Source: Chiloscyllium plagiosum (lineage: Eukaryota). Taken from it: a stretch of 64,000 nt of DNA. Each line of letters opens with the position of its first letter. Position 1 is the first letter of the stretch. The notes beneath the pieces were generated by a model, which searched no databases, had not been told where the DNA came from, and worked only from the letters and a program-made list of their open reading frames with translations. This document shows, piece by piece, positions 26,122 to 39,250 of the stretch. Where the stretch lies: positions 50,386,302 through 50,450,301 of the forward strand of contig NC_057719.1 in NCBI RefSeq assembly GCF_004010195.1, read 5' to 3'. A program made the position numbers and the translations under genes.

Positions 26122-29100
26122 TAGAGTCACAGAGATGTACAGCACGGAAACAGACCCTTTGGTCCAACACGTCCATGCCGATCAGATATTCCAAACTAAT
26201 CTAGTCCCATTTGCCAGCATTTGGCCCATATCCCTCTAAACCCTTCCTATTCATATACCCATCCAGGTGCCTTTTAAATGTGGCATTTGTACCAGCCTCC
26301 ACCACTTCCTCCGGCAGCTCATTCCATACACGCACCACCCTCTGCGAGAAAATGTTGCCCCTTAGGTCTCTTTTATATCTTTCCCCTCTCACCCTCAACG
26401 TATGCCCTCTAGTTCTGGACTCCCCCACCCCAGGGAAAAGACTTTGTCTCTTTACCCTATTCATGCCCCTCATGATTTTATAAACCTCTACAAGGTCACC
26501 CCTCAGCCTCTGACACTCCATGGAAAACAGCCCCAGCCTGTTAAGCCTTTCCCTACAGCTCAAATCCTCCAACCCTGGCAATATCCTTGTAAATCTTTTC
26601 TGATACCAGAAGTGCATGCAATATTCCAAAAGTTGCCTAACTAACATCCTGTACACAATACTCTGACCAATAAAAGGAAAGCATACCAAACATCATCTTC
26701 ACTATCCTATCTACCTGTGACTCTACCTTCAAGGGGCTGTGAACCTGCAATCAAAGGTCTACTTGTTCAGCAACATTCCCCAGGACCTTACCATTACATG
26801 TATAGGTCCTGCTCTAATTTGCTTTTCCAAAATGCAGCATCTCACATTTATCTAAATTAAAATCCATCTGCCCATTGGCCCATCTGATCAAGATCCCATT
26901 GTAATCTGGGGTAACCTTCTTTGCTGTCCACTACATCTCCAATTTTGGTGTCATCTGCAAACTTACTAACTACACCTCCTATGTTCACATCCAAACTATT
27001 TATATAAAAGATGAAAAGTAGTGGACCTAGCAATGATCCTTGTGGCACTCCACTGGTCACAGGCCTCCAGTCTGAAAAGCAACCTTCCACTATCACCTTT
27101 CTAACTTTGATCCAGTTCTGTATCCAAATGGTTAGTTCTCCCTGTATTCCATGAGATCTAACCTTGCTAACCAGTCTCCCATAGGGAACCTTGTCAAACG
27201 TCTTACCGAAGTCCATATAGATCACGTCCACCACTTTGCCCTCATCAATTATCTTTGTTTCTTCAAAGAAAACTCAATCAAGTTCCTGAGACATGATTTC
27301 CCATGCACAGAGCCATGCTGACTATCCCTAATCAGTTCTTGCCTTTTCAAATACATGTAAATCCTGTCCGTCAAGATTCCCTCCAACAACTTGCCCACCA
27401 CCGACGTCAAGCTATTGTTCCCTGGCTTGTCCTTAACCACCTTTCTTAAATAGTGGCACCACGTTAGCCAACCTCCAGTCTTCCAGCACCTCACCTGTGA
27501 TTATCAGTGATACAAATATCTCAGCAATGGGTCCAGAATTCTCCTTAACCCGATTTGCCAAAGGTATCTCATTTCCCTCTTGAGTATACTCCTACTGCCT
27601 TTATAATCTTCTAAAGATTCACTTGATCTCTGCTGTCTATACTAGACAAATGCTTCCTTCTGTTTCTTAACCAAAACCTCAATTTCTCTAGTCATCCCAC
27701 ATTCCCTACAGCTTCCAGCCTTGCCTTTCACCCAAATAGAAATATACTGTCTCTGGACTCTCGTTATCTCATTTCTGAAGGCTTCCCATTTTCCAGCCGT
27801 CCCTTTACCTGTGAACATCTGCCCCCAATCAGTATTGAAAGTTCTTGCCTAATAACCATCAAAATTAGCTTTCCTCCAATTTAGATTCAGTCTATCCTTT
27901 TTCCATCACTATTTCCCCAAAGTGCTCCCCCACTGACATCTCAGTCACCTGTCCTGTCTTATTTCCCAAGAGTAGGTCAGGTTTTGCACCTTCTCTACGA
28001 GGTACATCCAAATACTGAGTCAGAACATTTCCTTGTATACACTTAAAAAATTCCTCTCTATCTAAACCCTTAACACTATGGCAGTCCCAGTCTATATTTG
28101 GAAAGTTAAAATCACCTACCAGAAGCACCCTATTATTTTTACTAATAACTGAAATCTCCCCACAAATTTGTTTCTCAATTTCCTGCTAACTCTTTGGGGG
28201 GTCTATAATACAATACCAATAATATTTCTCAGTTCCACCCAAGTAACTTCCTGGATGTATTTCCAGGAGTATCCTCTCTAAGTACAGCTGTAACACTATC
28301 CCTTATTAAAAACGCCATTCCCCCTCCTCTCTTGCCTCCCTTTCTGTCCTTCCTGTAGCATTTGTATCCTGGAACGTTAAGCTGCCAGTCCATCCCTAAA
28401 CCACGTTTCTGTAATTGCTATGATATCCCAGTCCCATTTTCCTCACCATACCTGCATTCATCTGCCTTCCCTGTTAGGCCTCTTGCATTGAAGTAAATGC
28501 AGTTTATCAGTCTGACCTTGTGCTCTGCTTTGTCCCTGCCTGTACCAACTGCTTGACTCGCTTCTTTTCTCAACAGTACTTGTCTCAGATTGATCTGTTT
28601 CCTCACTATCTCCCTAGGTCCCACCACCCCCACCCACAGTCTGACTTGTTTAAATCCTCCTGAGCAGTTCGAGCAAATCTCCTTGCCAATATATTAGTCC
28701 CCTTCCAATCCAATTGCAATCCATCCTTCTTGTAAGGTCACTTCTACCCCAGAAGAAATTCCAATGATCCAAAAATGTGAATCCTTCTCCCATGCACCAG
28801 CTCCTCAGCTATGCATTCATCTGCTCTATCCTCCTATTCCTGTCCTCAGTAGCTCGTAGCATCGGGAATAATCCAGATATTACTACTCTCGAGGACCTCC
28901 TTTTTAAATTCCTGCCTAACTTTCTAAATTCTCCCTTCAGAATCTCATCCTTTTCCTTTCCTATGTCGTTGATTCCAATTTGTACAATGACCTCCTGTTG
29001 GCCCCTCTCCCCTTTGAGAATATTCTGCACCCTCTCTGAGACATCCTTGATCCTGGCACCAGGGAAGCAACACACCATTCTGATTTTTCACTGCTGGCCG

Positions 29101-30110
29101 CAGAAATGTCTGTCTGTGCCTCTGACTTGAAAGTCCCCTAACACAATCGATCACTTGGAACCTGACATTCCCCTCAATACATTCGAGCCAGTCTTGATAC
29201 CAGAAACTTGACTGTTCATGCTACATTTCCCTAAGAGTCCATCATACTCCACATTTTCCAAATCAGCATACTTGTTTGAAATGGGGAAAGATACAGAAGA
29301 CTTCTGCACTACCTGCCTACCTCTCCTACCTTTCCTGGAGTTAACCCACATATCTGACTCTATCTGTGGCTTTTCTCCCTTTCTATAATTGCCAACCATC
29401 ACACCCCTTGCTCTTGTAAATTCCTCATTGTCTCTAACTGTCGCTCCAACTGTTCCATTCAATGTGATAGGATTTGCAACCAAAGATATTTAGTGCAGAT
29501 GTAATCCTCAGTAACACCTAGACTCTCTCTAAACTCCCACATCTGACAAGAAGCACATATCACTCTATAAAAGGCTATTTTTGCTCTACAGACTAGAAAA
29601 TAGCACTGTCTTATTGCTCTAAAAAACACTGCTCCTGGCTAACTTAAAATTTATGGCTTATATTTTTATAATTTAATCAAGAGATCGATCTCAATGAAAC
29701 ATAATCAAGAAAGAACCCACTGTACTCACTATTGTAGTTTTACAGCAAGGCTACACTTAAAATTATTAGATTCCCTGCAGTGTGGAAACAGGCCCTTTGG
29801 CCCAACAAGTCCACACCGACCCTTTGAAGAGTAACCCACCCAGACCCATTTTCCTGTAACAAATGCACTTAACAATATGGGCAATTCACCTGACCTGCAC
29901 ATCTTTGGACGGTGGGAGGAAACCCACACAGACACGGGGAGAATGTGCAAACTCCACACAGACAGTCGTCCAAAGCTGGAATTAAACCTGGGTTCCTGGC
30001 GCTGTGAGGCTGCAGTGCTAACCACTGAGCCACCGTGCCACCCTAATTATGCACTTACCTTTTCCTGTGCTGTGATCTATCCCACACAGTTTCTGACAAG
30101 ATGAGTTGTG
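26122..30110 (-). mobile_element. Near full-length CR1 LINE: 5' UTR, ORF1 (Cys-finger relic, coiled coil, SGNH esterase; ~29578-28540) and deleted/disrupted ORF2
   Basis: ORF 28809..29078 VCCFPGARIKDV...IGINDIG (esterase); [30 protein letters not shown]; tail at 26122; 5' UTR interrupted by a SINE. Confidence 0.92.
29767..30044 (-). mobile_element. HE1-type V-SINE nested in the CR1 5' UTR
   Basis: tRNA head, V-domain and CR1-like tail; AATTAT duplicated at 29761-29766 and 30045-30050. Confidence 0.9.
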
Positions 30111-30124
30111 AATTTTGCTGTTTG

Positions 30125-31192
30125 TTAATACTTGGAGGTGCCAGGAGGCATGGTACATTGGGGAAACCGAGCAAAGGCTACGACAACAGATGAATGGGCA
30201 CCGCACAACAATCAACAGACAGGAGGGTTCCCTCCCAGTTGGGGAACACTTCAGTCGTCCAGGACATTCAGCCTCCGACCTTTGGGTGACCATCCTCCAA
30301 GGTGGACTTCGGAACAGGCAGCAGAGAAAAGTGGCTGAGCAGAGGCTGATAGCTAAGTTCGGTACCATAGGGAGGGCCTCAACCGGGACCTTGGGTTCAT
30401 GTCACATTACAGATGACACCATTGCACTATACACACACACAGATACTCCTACACAAACACACACACTCACACACACACAGGCACTCCTATGCACGCATAC
30501 ACAATGATGCACACACAGAAACCCCCACACACCCTTCCAGACACACACTCCCACATGCACCCCCTCACATACTTAAGACACTCTGCACTCACTACACACT
30601 CACATACACTTTCTCACACTCACAGCCCCCACCCAGACAGACACACACACACAGACAGACATAGACCCACATGCACACATATATTTTGTGGGGTGAATTT
30701 GTACTTTCAGGGTTACATTGTACTTTGCTCAAAAACTGCATGCATTCATGTAGAACTCTGAGCTCAAAAACTGCATGAATTTATGTAAAACTCCGTTATC
30801 TCACTTCTTAGATTAGAATCAATCTAAACATCAGGGCATAGACAGAGAACACAGGGGGCCAACACCTTCAACATATTGTCTAGCTATCACCATTGTTAAC
30901 AGCTCACCCGAGAATGCAACTTTAAAAAAAAGGTTTTGTGATTTACACATGAAAGAAGTGAAACTATCACTGTATTCTAACAGATGAAAGGCTTAACAGA
31001 CAATCAATTTTTCAATGTATAATTTCAGTTACATCACACTGTAAATTTTTGCTATAAATTCTGTGTTAGGATTGAGCCCTCCACTATCACCTGATGAAGG
31101 AGCATCGCTCTGAAAGCTAGTGTGCTTCCAATTAAACCTGTTGGACTATAACCTGGTGTTGTGTGATTTTTAACTTTGTACACCCCAGTCCA
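30125..31192 (+). mobile_element. 5'-truncated Penelope-like element: GIY-YIG endonuclease end, CA-rich tract, pLTR with hammerhead
   Basis: ORF 30115..30507 WYIGETEQRLRQQMNGHR...PVGEHF...AEQRLIAKFGT; (CA)-rich 30430-30680; hammerhead at 31088. Confidence 0.9.
31088..31122 (+). ncRNA. Minimal type I hammerhead ribozyme (PLE-associated)
   Basis: CAC-CTGATGA-A-GGAGC(ATC)GCTCT-GAA-AGCT-A-GTG: stem I CAC/GTG, intact core, stem II, palindromic AGCU stem III; predicted cleavage after A31119. Confidence 0.8.
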
Positions 31193-31239
31193 AATCATGA
31201 CTACTATCGACTCCCTTAAACTGTATGTAAAATGTGAAT

Positions 31240-32830
31240 GGGGTGCTTTCACAAGAGGGTATGTAATTAATCCTACCTTGTTAGTCTAAACCAGGTCCAG
31301 TATATCCTGCTGTCTAGTTTGTGCCATAAAGTGCTGGTCTAAGAAATGGTCCAGAAAACATTCAACATGACTGGGGTATTTTTTAAAGACCCCTTTTTTA
31401 TGGATTGGTAAGATATAACAAGTGGTATACCCCACAGATGAAAACATTCTTTCAACATCCACACAGTCACATCCCCTCAGGATCTTCTGGAAATCTCAGT
31501 ACAATACATCCATTGGTTACCTTTATCTACATCTCAAGTTTCTTATTCAAGGAGCTCAAATAAACAGTTAAACATGATTTCCCTCTGACAAAACCATATT
31601 GGCTCTGCCTGATTACTTTGAACTTATTCAAGTGCCACAGAAACATGAGTTCCTCCTCTGGATTACCTTTTCCAACCTGACTTTTCTAGTCTATGTGTAG
31701 CTTAAAACCCCCATGATAATTATTGTACCTTTCTGAGGAGCTCCTATTATTTCTTCCTTGATACCCTGTCCAACATACGGTAACTGTTAGGGGGCTTGTA
31801 CACAGGTCCCACAAGTTACCTCTTTCCTTGATCATTCCTTATCTCTACCTTGACTGCTTCTTTATCCTAATTTCCTGAATTTAGGTCCTCCCTCTCTATT
31901 GTGCTAACAGCATCTTTGATTAACAGAGTTGCTCCTTCATCCTTTCCGAGCTTCCTTTGTTTCCTAAATGTCACATACCCGTCGATATTCAGATCCCAAC
32001 TGAAGTCGTCCTGCGGCCATGTCTCACTTATTGCCATTACTTATTTATCTCTATTTGTACTACAGTTCATCTGTTTTGAATCAAATACAGTGCCTTGAGC
32101 CTTGCCCTTTTATTATTTTTGTAACCTCGTGTCTTTGCTGCTGATTTACTCTTAGATCTGTATTCTCTGTCTCTTACTCTCATTGCCTGTTTAATCATGC
32201 ATATCCTCTTTGCATTTTCCCACTTTGAGTCACCACAACTTCCAAATAATGTCCCCATTATTTTGTTTAAAATGCACTCTATTTCCCAAGTTATCTGGTT
32301 TGCAGAAACACCAGTCTTTGTGTGGTTCAAGAGTAAACTATCCCAGTGACACAGATTCCTCTTACCCCCGAGTATTGGTGCAATGTTCCATGAAACTGAA
32401 CCCACTTCACCCACATCAGTCTGCTTTATTCACACTCCATCCATCACCTTTGCCATTCAGGGTCTTCATCATCAATGCATAGGGACAGAAGTATGTACTA
32501 TCTACAAGATACATTGCAGTAAATCATGCAAGCTATTTGAAATCTGTGAATTCTAGCATTTAGAAGGACAGGGGCAGCAGATGCATGGGAACACCACCAT
32601 CTACAAGTTCCTCTCAAAGCAACTGACAATTCAAACATGGAGTTATATACCATTTGGTTTCTTCAACAAAGCCATTATTATAAATTGAAATAGTTGAGGC
32701 CATAGCACTGATCCCTATGGTACTCCACTTGTTATATCTAACCAATCCAAAATTGATCAAGTTATGTGTACTTCCTGTTTCCTGTTTGCTAACAAATTCT
32801 CTTTCCATGCTTCTATATTATCCCTACATC
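31240..32830 (-). mobile_element. Old CR1 LINE fragments
   Basis: Reverse strand shows LKALYL (ORF2 start), APE and RT relics. Confidence 0.55.
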
Positions 32831-33295
32831 ATTCCCGGGAATATGACCAGGAAATTATTTCAATGGAACTGAGAAATCAGAAAGGGATGATCACTTTATT
32901 GGGATTGTAGTGCAGACTCCCCAGTAATTAGCAGGAAATTGTGAAACAAATTTGTAAGGATATCTCAGTTATCTGTAAGAGTAATAGGGTGGTAATGGTA
33001 GGGGATTTTAAATTTCCAAACATAGACTGGGACTGACATAGTGTTCAGGGTTTAGGTGGTGAGGAATTTGTTTAAGTGTGTACAAGAAAATTTTCTGATT
33101 AAGTGTGTGGATGTACCAACTAGAGAAGGTACAAAACTTGATCTACTCTTGGGAAATAAGGCAGGGCACGTGACTGAGAGCATTTTGGGGCCAGGGACCA
33201 TAATTCTATTAGTTTTAAAAGAGTGATGGAAAAGGATAGACAGGATCTAAAAGTTCAAGTTCTAAATTGGAGGAATGTCAATTTTGATGATATTA

Positions 33296-34026
33296 GGGAA
33301 GTACTTGCTGGGCCTCTTGCTTATTTTTATCATCGATAGTTACAGATGAGGTACCGGAAGACAAGGAGGTTGGCTAACGTGGTGCCATTATTTAAGAAGG
33401 GTGGTAAGGAAAGCCAGGGAACTATAAAGCAGTGAGCCTGACTTCGGTGTTGGGCAAGTTGTTGGAGGGAATCCTGAGGGACAGGATGTACATGTATTTG
33501 GAAGAGCAAGGACTGATTAGGGATAGTCAACATGGCTTTGTGCATGTGAGTTGTTTGATTGAGTTGTTTGAAGAAGCAACAAAGAGGATTGATGAGGGCA
33601 GAGCAGTAGACGTGATCTATATAGATTTCAGTAAGGCATTTGACAAGTTCCCCGTGGGACACTGGTTAACAAGGTTAGATTTCAGGAATACATCAAGAAC
33701 TAGCTATTCTTTTCCCTGGGGTGAAGGAGTCTAGAACTGATGAACATAGGTTTAAGGTGAGAGGGGAAAGACATAAAAGAGACCTAAGGCACAGCTTTTT
33801 CACACAGAGTGGTGCGTGTATGGGATGGGCTGCCAGAGGAAGTGGTGGCGACTAGTACAATTGCAACATTTAAGAGGCATTTGGTTGGGTATATGAATAG
33901 GGAGGGTTTGGAGGAATATGGGCTGGATGCTGGCAGGTGGGACTAGATTGGGGTGGGATATCTGGTTGGCATGGATGAATGGACCAAAGGGTCTGTTTCC
34001 ATGCTGTACATCTCTATGACTCTATA
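33296..34026 (+). mobile_element. 5'-truncated, internally deleted CR1 nested in the host CR1
   Basis: SLTSVLGKLLEGILRDR...DFSKAFDK; own tail ctctatgactctat at ~34013-34026, after which the host resumes. Confidence 0.8.
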
Positions 34027-34053
34027 ACTTTCAAAAGTTGATTGGGGGCAGAT

Positions 34054-35350
34054 GAATTGAATTGAATTGAATTAAATTGAATTTATTGTCACGTGTACTG
34101 AGGCACAGTGAAAAACTTTGTCTTGTGGGCAATACAGACTGATCACAGAGTTAAGAAGCATAGATAAATAAATAATAGGTAAGCAGCAGCAAAAACAAAA
34201 CACAGGTACAGGTGAATGTTAAAAGTTTGTGAGTCCATTCAGTATTCTAACAACAGTAGGGTAGAAACTGTCACAAAACCAGCTGGTGCGTGTGTTCTGG
34301 CTTCTGTACCTTCTCCCCGATGGTAGAAGTTGTAGAGAAACATTGCCAGGGTGGGATTGATCTTCAAGAATGCTGGTGGCCTTTCCTTGACAGTGGGCCT
34401 GGTAGGTGGATTCTGTAGATGGGAGGTTGGCCTTTATGATGGTCCAGGCCGAGTTCACCACCCTCTGTAACCGTCTCTGATCTTGAATGGCACAGTTGCC
34501 ATACTAGGTAGTGGTACATCCAGACAGAATGCTCTTGATGGCGCACCTATAAAAATTGGCAAGGGTACTCGCTGTCATGCCAAATTTCCTCAGCTGCCTG
34601 AGGAAGAAGAGACATTGTTGGGCCTTTGTAACCAGTGCGTCCACACGAAGAATCCATGAAAGCTTGTTGTGGATGACCACTCCCAGGAGCTTGACACTCT
34701 CCACTCATTTCACCTCTGTGCTGTTAATGTGTAGAGGGGCATGAGTAACATCGCACTGAAAGTCAATGATGAGTTCCTTGGTTTTGCCAGCATTGAGAGC
34801 TAGGTTGTTCTCAGTGCACCATTTTTCCAGGTCTTCCCACCTCCCGTCTGTAGTCTGTTTCGTTGCCATCTGAGATTCGACCGACTATGATGGTGTCATC
34901 AGCGGACATTAAAATAGTCTGTTACTTGTCGATGCAGTCATGGGTATACAGTGAGTACAGGACGGGGCTGAGTACACACCTCGGGGGGCTTCAGTGTTGA
35001 GTGTTAGTGAGGATAAAATATTGACCCCAATCTTCACTGATTGTGGCCTGTGGGTCAGGAAATTGAGGATCCAGTTGCAGAGAAAGGGGCTTAGTCCAAG
35101 ATCACTAAATTTAGTAATCAGTCTCAAGGGGATAATAGTGTTGAAGACTGAACTGTCGTCAGTGAATGGGATTCTTATGTGGCTGCTCTTGGTGTCAAGA
35201 TGTTCTCGGGAGGAGTGAAGGGCCAGTGATATGGCATCTGATGTGCATCTGTTGGTCTGATAGGTAAATTGGAGTGGGTCAAGAGTAGTGTGGAGGCTGG
35301 AGTTGATTAATGCCATGACCAGCCTTTCAAAGGGCCACTGGGTAGTAGTT
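34054..35350 (-). mobile_element. Rex1/Babar-clade LINE, 5'-truncated, with (CAATT)n tail
   Basis: ORFs LDPLQFTY...DAISLALHS, LCNWILNFLTHRPQSVKIG, KAQQCLFFLRQLRKF, SFYPTVVRILN; aattg repeats at 34054-34082. Confidence 0.85.
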
Positions 35351-36723
35351 ATTGAGATATGATTTTCGTAGGTAAAGGGACAGCTCGAAAATGGGAAACC
35401 TTCAAAAATGAGATAACGAGAGTCCAGAGACAGCATATTTCTGTTCAGGTGAAAGGAAAGGCTGGTAGGTGTAGGGAATGCTGGATGACTCGAGAAATTG
35501 TGGTTTTGATAAGAAAAAGAAGGAAGCTTATGTCAGGTATAGACTGGAGAGATCGAGTAAATCTTTACAGGAGTACAAAGTCGGAGTATATGTAAGAGGG
35601 AAATCGGGAAGGCAAAAAGGGGACATGAGATAGCTTTGGCAAATAGGGCTAAGGAGAATCCAAAGGGATTTTACAAATATGTAAAGGACCAAAGGGTAAT
35701 GAGGGACAGAATAGGAACCCTCAAAGATAAGCAAGACAGCCTATGTGTGGAACCACAGGAAATGGGAGGGATACTAAACGAGTACTTTGCATTGGTGTTT
35801 ATTTGGAGCAGGACACAAAAAATATAGAATGTGGGGAAATAGATGGTGACATCTTGAATAATATCCACATTACAGAGAAGGTGGTGGTGGATGTCTTAAA
35901 CCACATAAAAGTGGATAAATCCTCAGGATGATCAGGTGTACCCCAGAACTTTGTGGGAAGCTAGGGCAGTGATTGCTGGGACCCTTGCTGAGATATTTGG
36001 ATCATCGGTAGTCACAGGTGAGGTTGGCTAATGTGGTGTTACTATTCAAGAAAGATGGTAAGGAAAAGCCAGGGAACTATAGACCGGTGAGCCTGAAACC
36101 AGTGAGCCTGAAACCGGTGGTGGGCAAGTTTGTTGGAGGCAATCCTGAGGGACAGAATTTACATGTACTTGGTTTGGCAAGGACTGATTAGGGATAGTCA
36201 ACATGGCTTTATGCATGGGAAATCATATCCACTAACTTGATTGAGTTTTTTGAAACAGTAACAAAGAGATTGTTGAGGGCAGAGGAGTGGATGTGATCTA
36301 AATGGACTTCAGGAAGGTGTTCGACAAGGTTCCCCATGGGAGACTGGTTAAAAAGGTTAGATCACATGGAATACAGGAGGATCTAGACACTTGCATCAGA
36401 ATGGCTCAAAGGTAGAAGACAGAGGGTGGTGGTGGAGGGTTGTTTTTTCAGATTGAGGCCTGTGAACAGTAGTGTACCACAAGGATCGGTACTGGGTCCA
36501 CTGCTTTTCATCATTTATATAAATGGCTTGGATGTTTACATAGGAAGTATAGTTAGTAAGTTTTCAGATAACACCAAAATTGAAGGTGTAATGGACCATG
36601 AAGAAGGTTACCTCAGAGTACAACAGGATCTTGATTAGCTGGGCCAATGGGCTGAGGAGTGGCAGATGGAGTTTAATTTAGATAAATGTGAGGTGCTGCA
36701 TTTTGGAAAGGCAAATCAGGGCA

Positions 36724-36819
36724 ACTCCTGAAGAAGGGCTTATGCCTGAAACGTCGATTCTCCTGCTCCTTGGATGCTTCCTGACCTGCTGTGCTTTTCC
36801 AGCAACACATTTTTCAGCT
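36724..36819 (+). mobile_element. Hammerhead-headed PLE mini-insertion; 12-bp TSD
   Basis: CTGAAGAAGGGCTTATGCCTGAAACGTC; CAAATCAGGGCA (36712-36723) / CAAATCAGTGCA (36820-36831). Confidence 0.85.
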
Positions 36820-37599
36820 CAAATCAGTGCAGGACTTGTATACTTAATGGTAAAGCCCTGGGGAATGTTACTGAACAAAGGGACCTTGGAGTGCAGGTTC
36901 ATAGTTCCTTGAAAGTGGATTCGCAGGTAGATAGGATTGTGAAGGAGGCATTTGGCATGCTTTCCTTTATTGGTCAGAGTATTGAGTAAAGCAGTTGAAA
37001 GATCATGTTGCAGCTGTACAGGACATTGGTTAGGCCACTTTTGGAATATTGTGTGCAATTCTGGTCTCCCTGCTATAGGAAGGATGTTGTGAAACTTGAA
37101 AGGGTTCAGAAAAGATTTACAAGGATGTTGCCAGGGTTGGAGGATTTGAGCTATAGGGAAAGGTTGAATAGGTTGGGGCTGTTTTCCCTGGACCGTCGGA
37201 GGCTGAGGGGTGACCTCATAGAGGTTTATAAAATCATGAGGATGCACAGATAGGATAAATAGACAAAGTCTTTTCCCTGGTTTGGAAGAGTCCAAAATCA
37301 GAGGGCATAGGTTTCGGGTGAGAGGGGAAAGATTTTAAAGGGAACTAAAGGGCAACTTTTCATACAGAGGGTGGTGCGTGTATGAGCTGCCAGAGGAAAT
37401 GGTGGAGGCTGGTACGATTACAACATTTAAAAGGCATCTGAATGGGTATATGAATAGACAGTGTTTAGAGGGATATGGGCCAAGTGCTGGCAAATGGGAC
37501 TAGATTAATTTAGGATATCTGGTCAGCCTGGATGTGTTGGACCATTTAGACTGTTTCCAATATTTTACATCTCTATGACTCTATGAGCTCTTGCACTAC

Positions 37600-38900
37600 A
37601 TTCTTTGATGCACCTGCATCTTGTCAAATGCCTTCTGGGGCCCTACCTGCTTTTAATCTAAATGATTTTCTTCAAACCCTTACCGCGGTGAATGTAGTTA
37701 CGTTAAGTTCTTCTCACTTCATCTCTTGATTCACAATTATTTTTTGGTCTTATTTATATCCTTTACAGTGAAGACAGATGCACAATATCTGTTCAGTCCA
37801 TCTGCCATTTCTTTATTTTCTTTTATTAATTTCCCAGACATGCTCTCCAGAGGACAATTGCCCACTTTACTTACTCTATTTCTTTCTAAATTCTCGTAGA
37901 ACCTTTGTTTTTATTCCTAGCTCACTGTTTCTAAATTATCCCTCCATATTCATCTTTTAGCCATTCTTTGCTGTTCTTTACATGCTACCCAACCTTCTGA
38001 TTGCCTTTCAACTTTGCAAACCCCTTTTTAAAATTTATTATCTTTAACTTTGTTTGTTAGTCACTGATGCCATGTCCTTCAGATTGAATGCTACTTTTTC
38101 AGTGGAATATACATTTCTTGGGTATTTTGAAATATCTCCTTAAATGACTGTCATGATTTCGCTACTGAGTTGTACTGTTACCTAATTTTCAAATTCACTT
38201 TAGACAGTTCCGTCTTCTTGCTCTCATAATTGCCCTTACTTAACTTGAAAATACTAATATTCGGTCCACTTTCTTATCCTTCAATATGAATGCGAGATGC
38301 AGTCATATTATGATCACTGCTGTCTATGTGCACTGTCATTGAAGTCATTAATTGATATTCTTTCACTACATGTTACTAGATCTAGTAAAGCGTGCTCTCT
38401 AATTGGCTCTGAAACGTGTTGCTCCAAAAAATGTCTCACTACCATTCTATGAATTTATTATCTAGTTAGCTTTTCCAAAGTGTTTGGTTAAACCATACCT
38501 TTCACACAATCCCCATTATTACATTCCATTTTCTCGATTCAAAAATGCAGTCGCTGTTTGGGGACCGACATACCACTCCCACAAGCAACTTCTTACCTTT
38601 ACAGCTTTCTATGTCTATCAAACTGTTTATACATCTTTGATCACCAGAACTGAGGTGATCTTTCCCTCATGAATCAAATGCCATCCTTAATTAGCAGAAT
38701 TGTCCATCCACGTTTTCTTAGCTTTCTATCCATAATAGATGTCATGTACTGCAGAATATTCAGGTCCCAGTGTTTGCTATCTTTCAGTCATATATCTGTA
38801 ATGGCTACCAGACCTTGCATTTTAATTTCAATTCACTCATGCCATATTAGCCATGATAGTTTTGAGTGGCAGTCCTGAATTGACAGAACACATGGTCTAT
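37600..38900 (-). mobile_element. Old, highly degenerate CR1 LINE
   Basis: Diffuse similarity to the reverse complement of CR1 ORF2 (APE to RT). Confidence 0.5.
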
Positions 38901-38947
38901 TTTTGCTCCTATTTTGTATGATTTTACGATCAAGGACAGATCTTTGG

Positions 38948-39250
38948 GAGACACGGTGGCTCAGTGGTTAGCACTGCTGCCTGGGTTCAATTCCCATCTC
39001 AGGCAACTGTCTGTGTGGAGTTTGCACATTCTCCCCGTGTCTGTGTGGGTTTGTTTCAGGTACTCTGGTTTCCTCCCACAGTCCAAAGATGTCAGGTCTG
39101 GCCATTCTAAATTGCCTGTAGTGTTAGGTGGATTAGTCAGGAGTAAATGTAGGGGAATGGGTCTGGATGGGTTACTCTCCAGAGGGTCGGTGTGGATTTG
39201 TTGGGCCGAAGGGGCCTGTTTCCAGACTGTAAGGAATCTAATCTAATCTG
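38948..39250 (+). mobile_element. HE1-type V-SINE
   Basis: tRNA head, V-domain, (AATCT)n tail. Confidence 0.9.

Larger units (their letters stand above)
32835..37585 (+). mobile_element. CR1 LINE ORF2 host element split by three nested insertions
   Basis: Collinear CR1 segments ~32835-33305, 34027-34053, 35365-36723, 36820-37585; tail ctctatgactctatga. Confidence 0.88.

Noticed and set aside
36088..36117. Short tandem duplications inside CR1 copies (also ~46030-46065)
   Set aside because: Ordinary post-insertion slippage in dead elements
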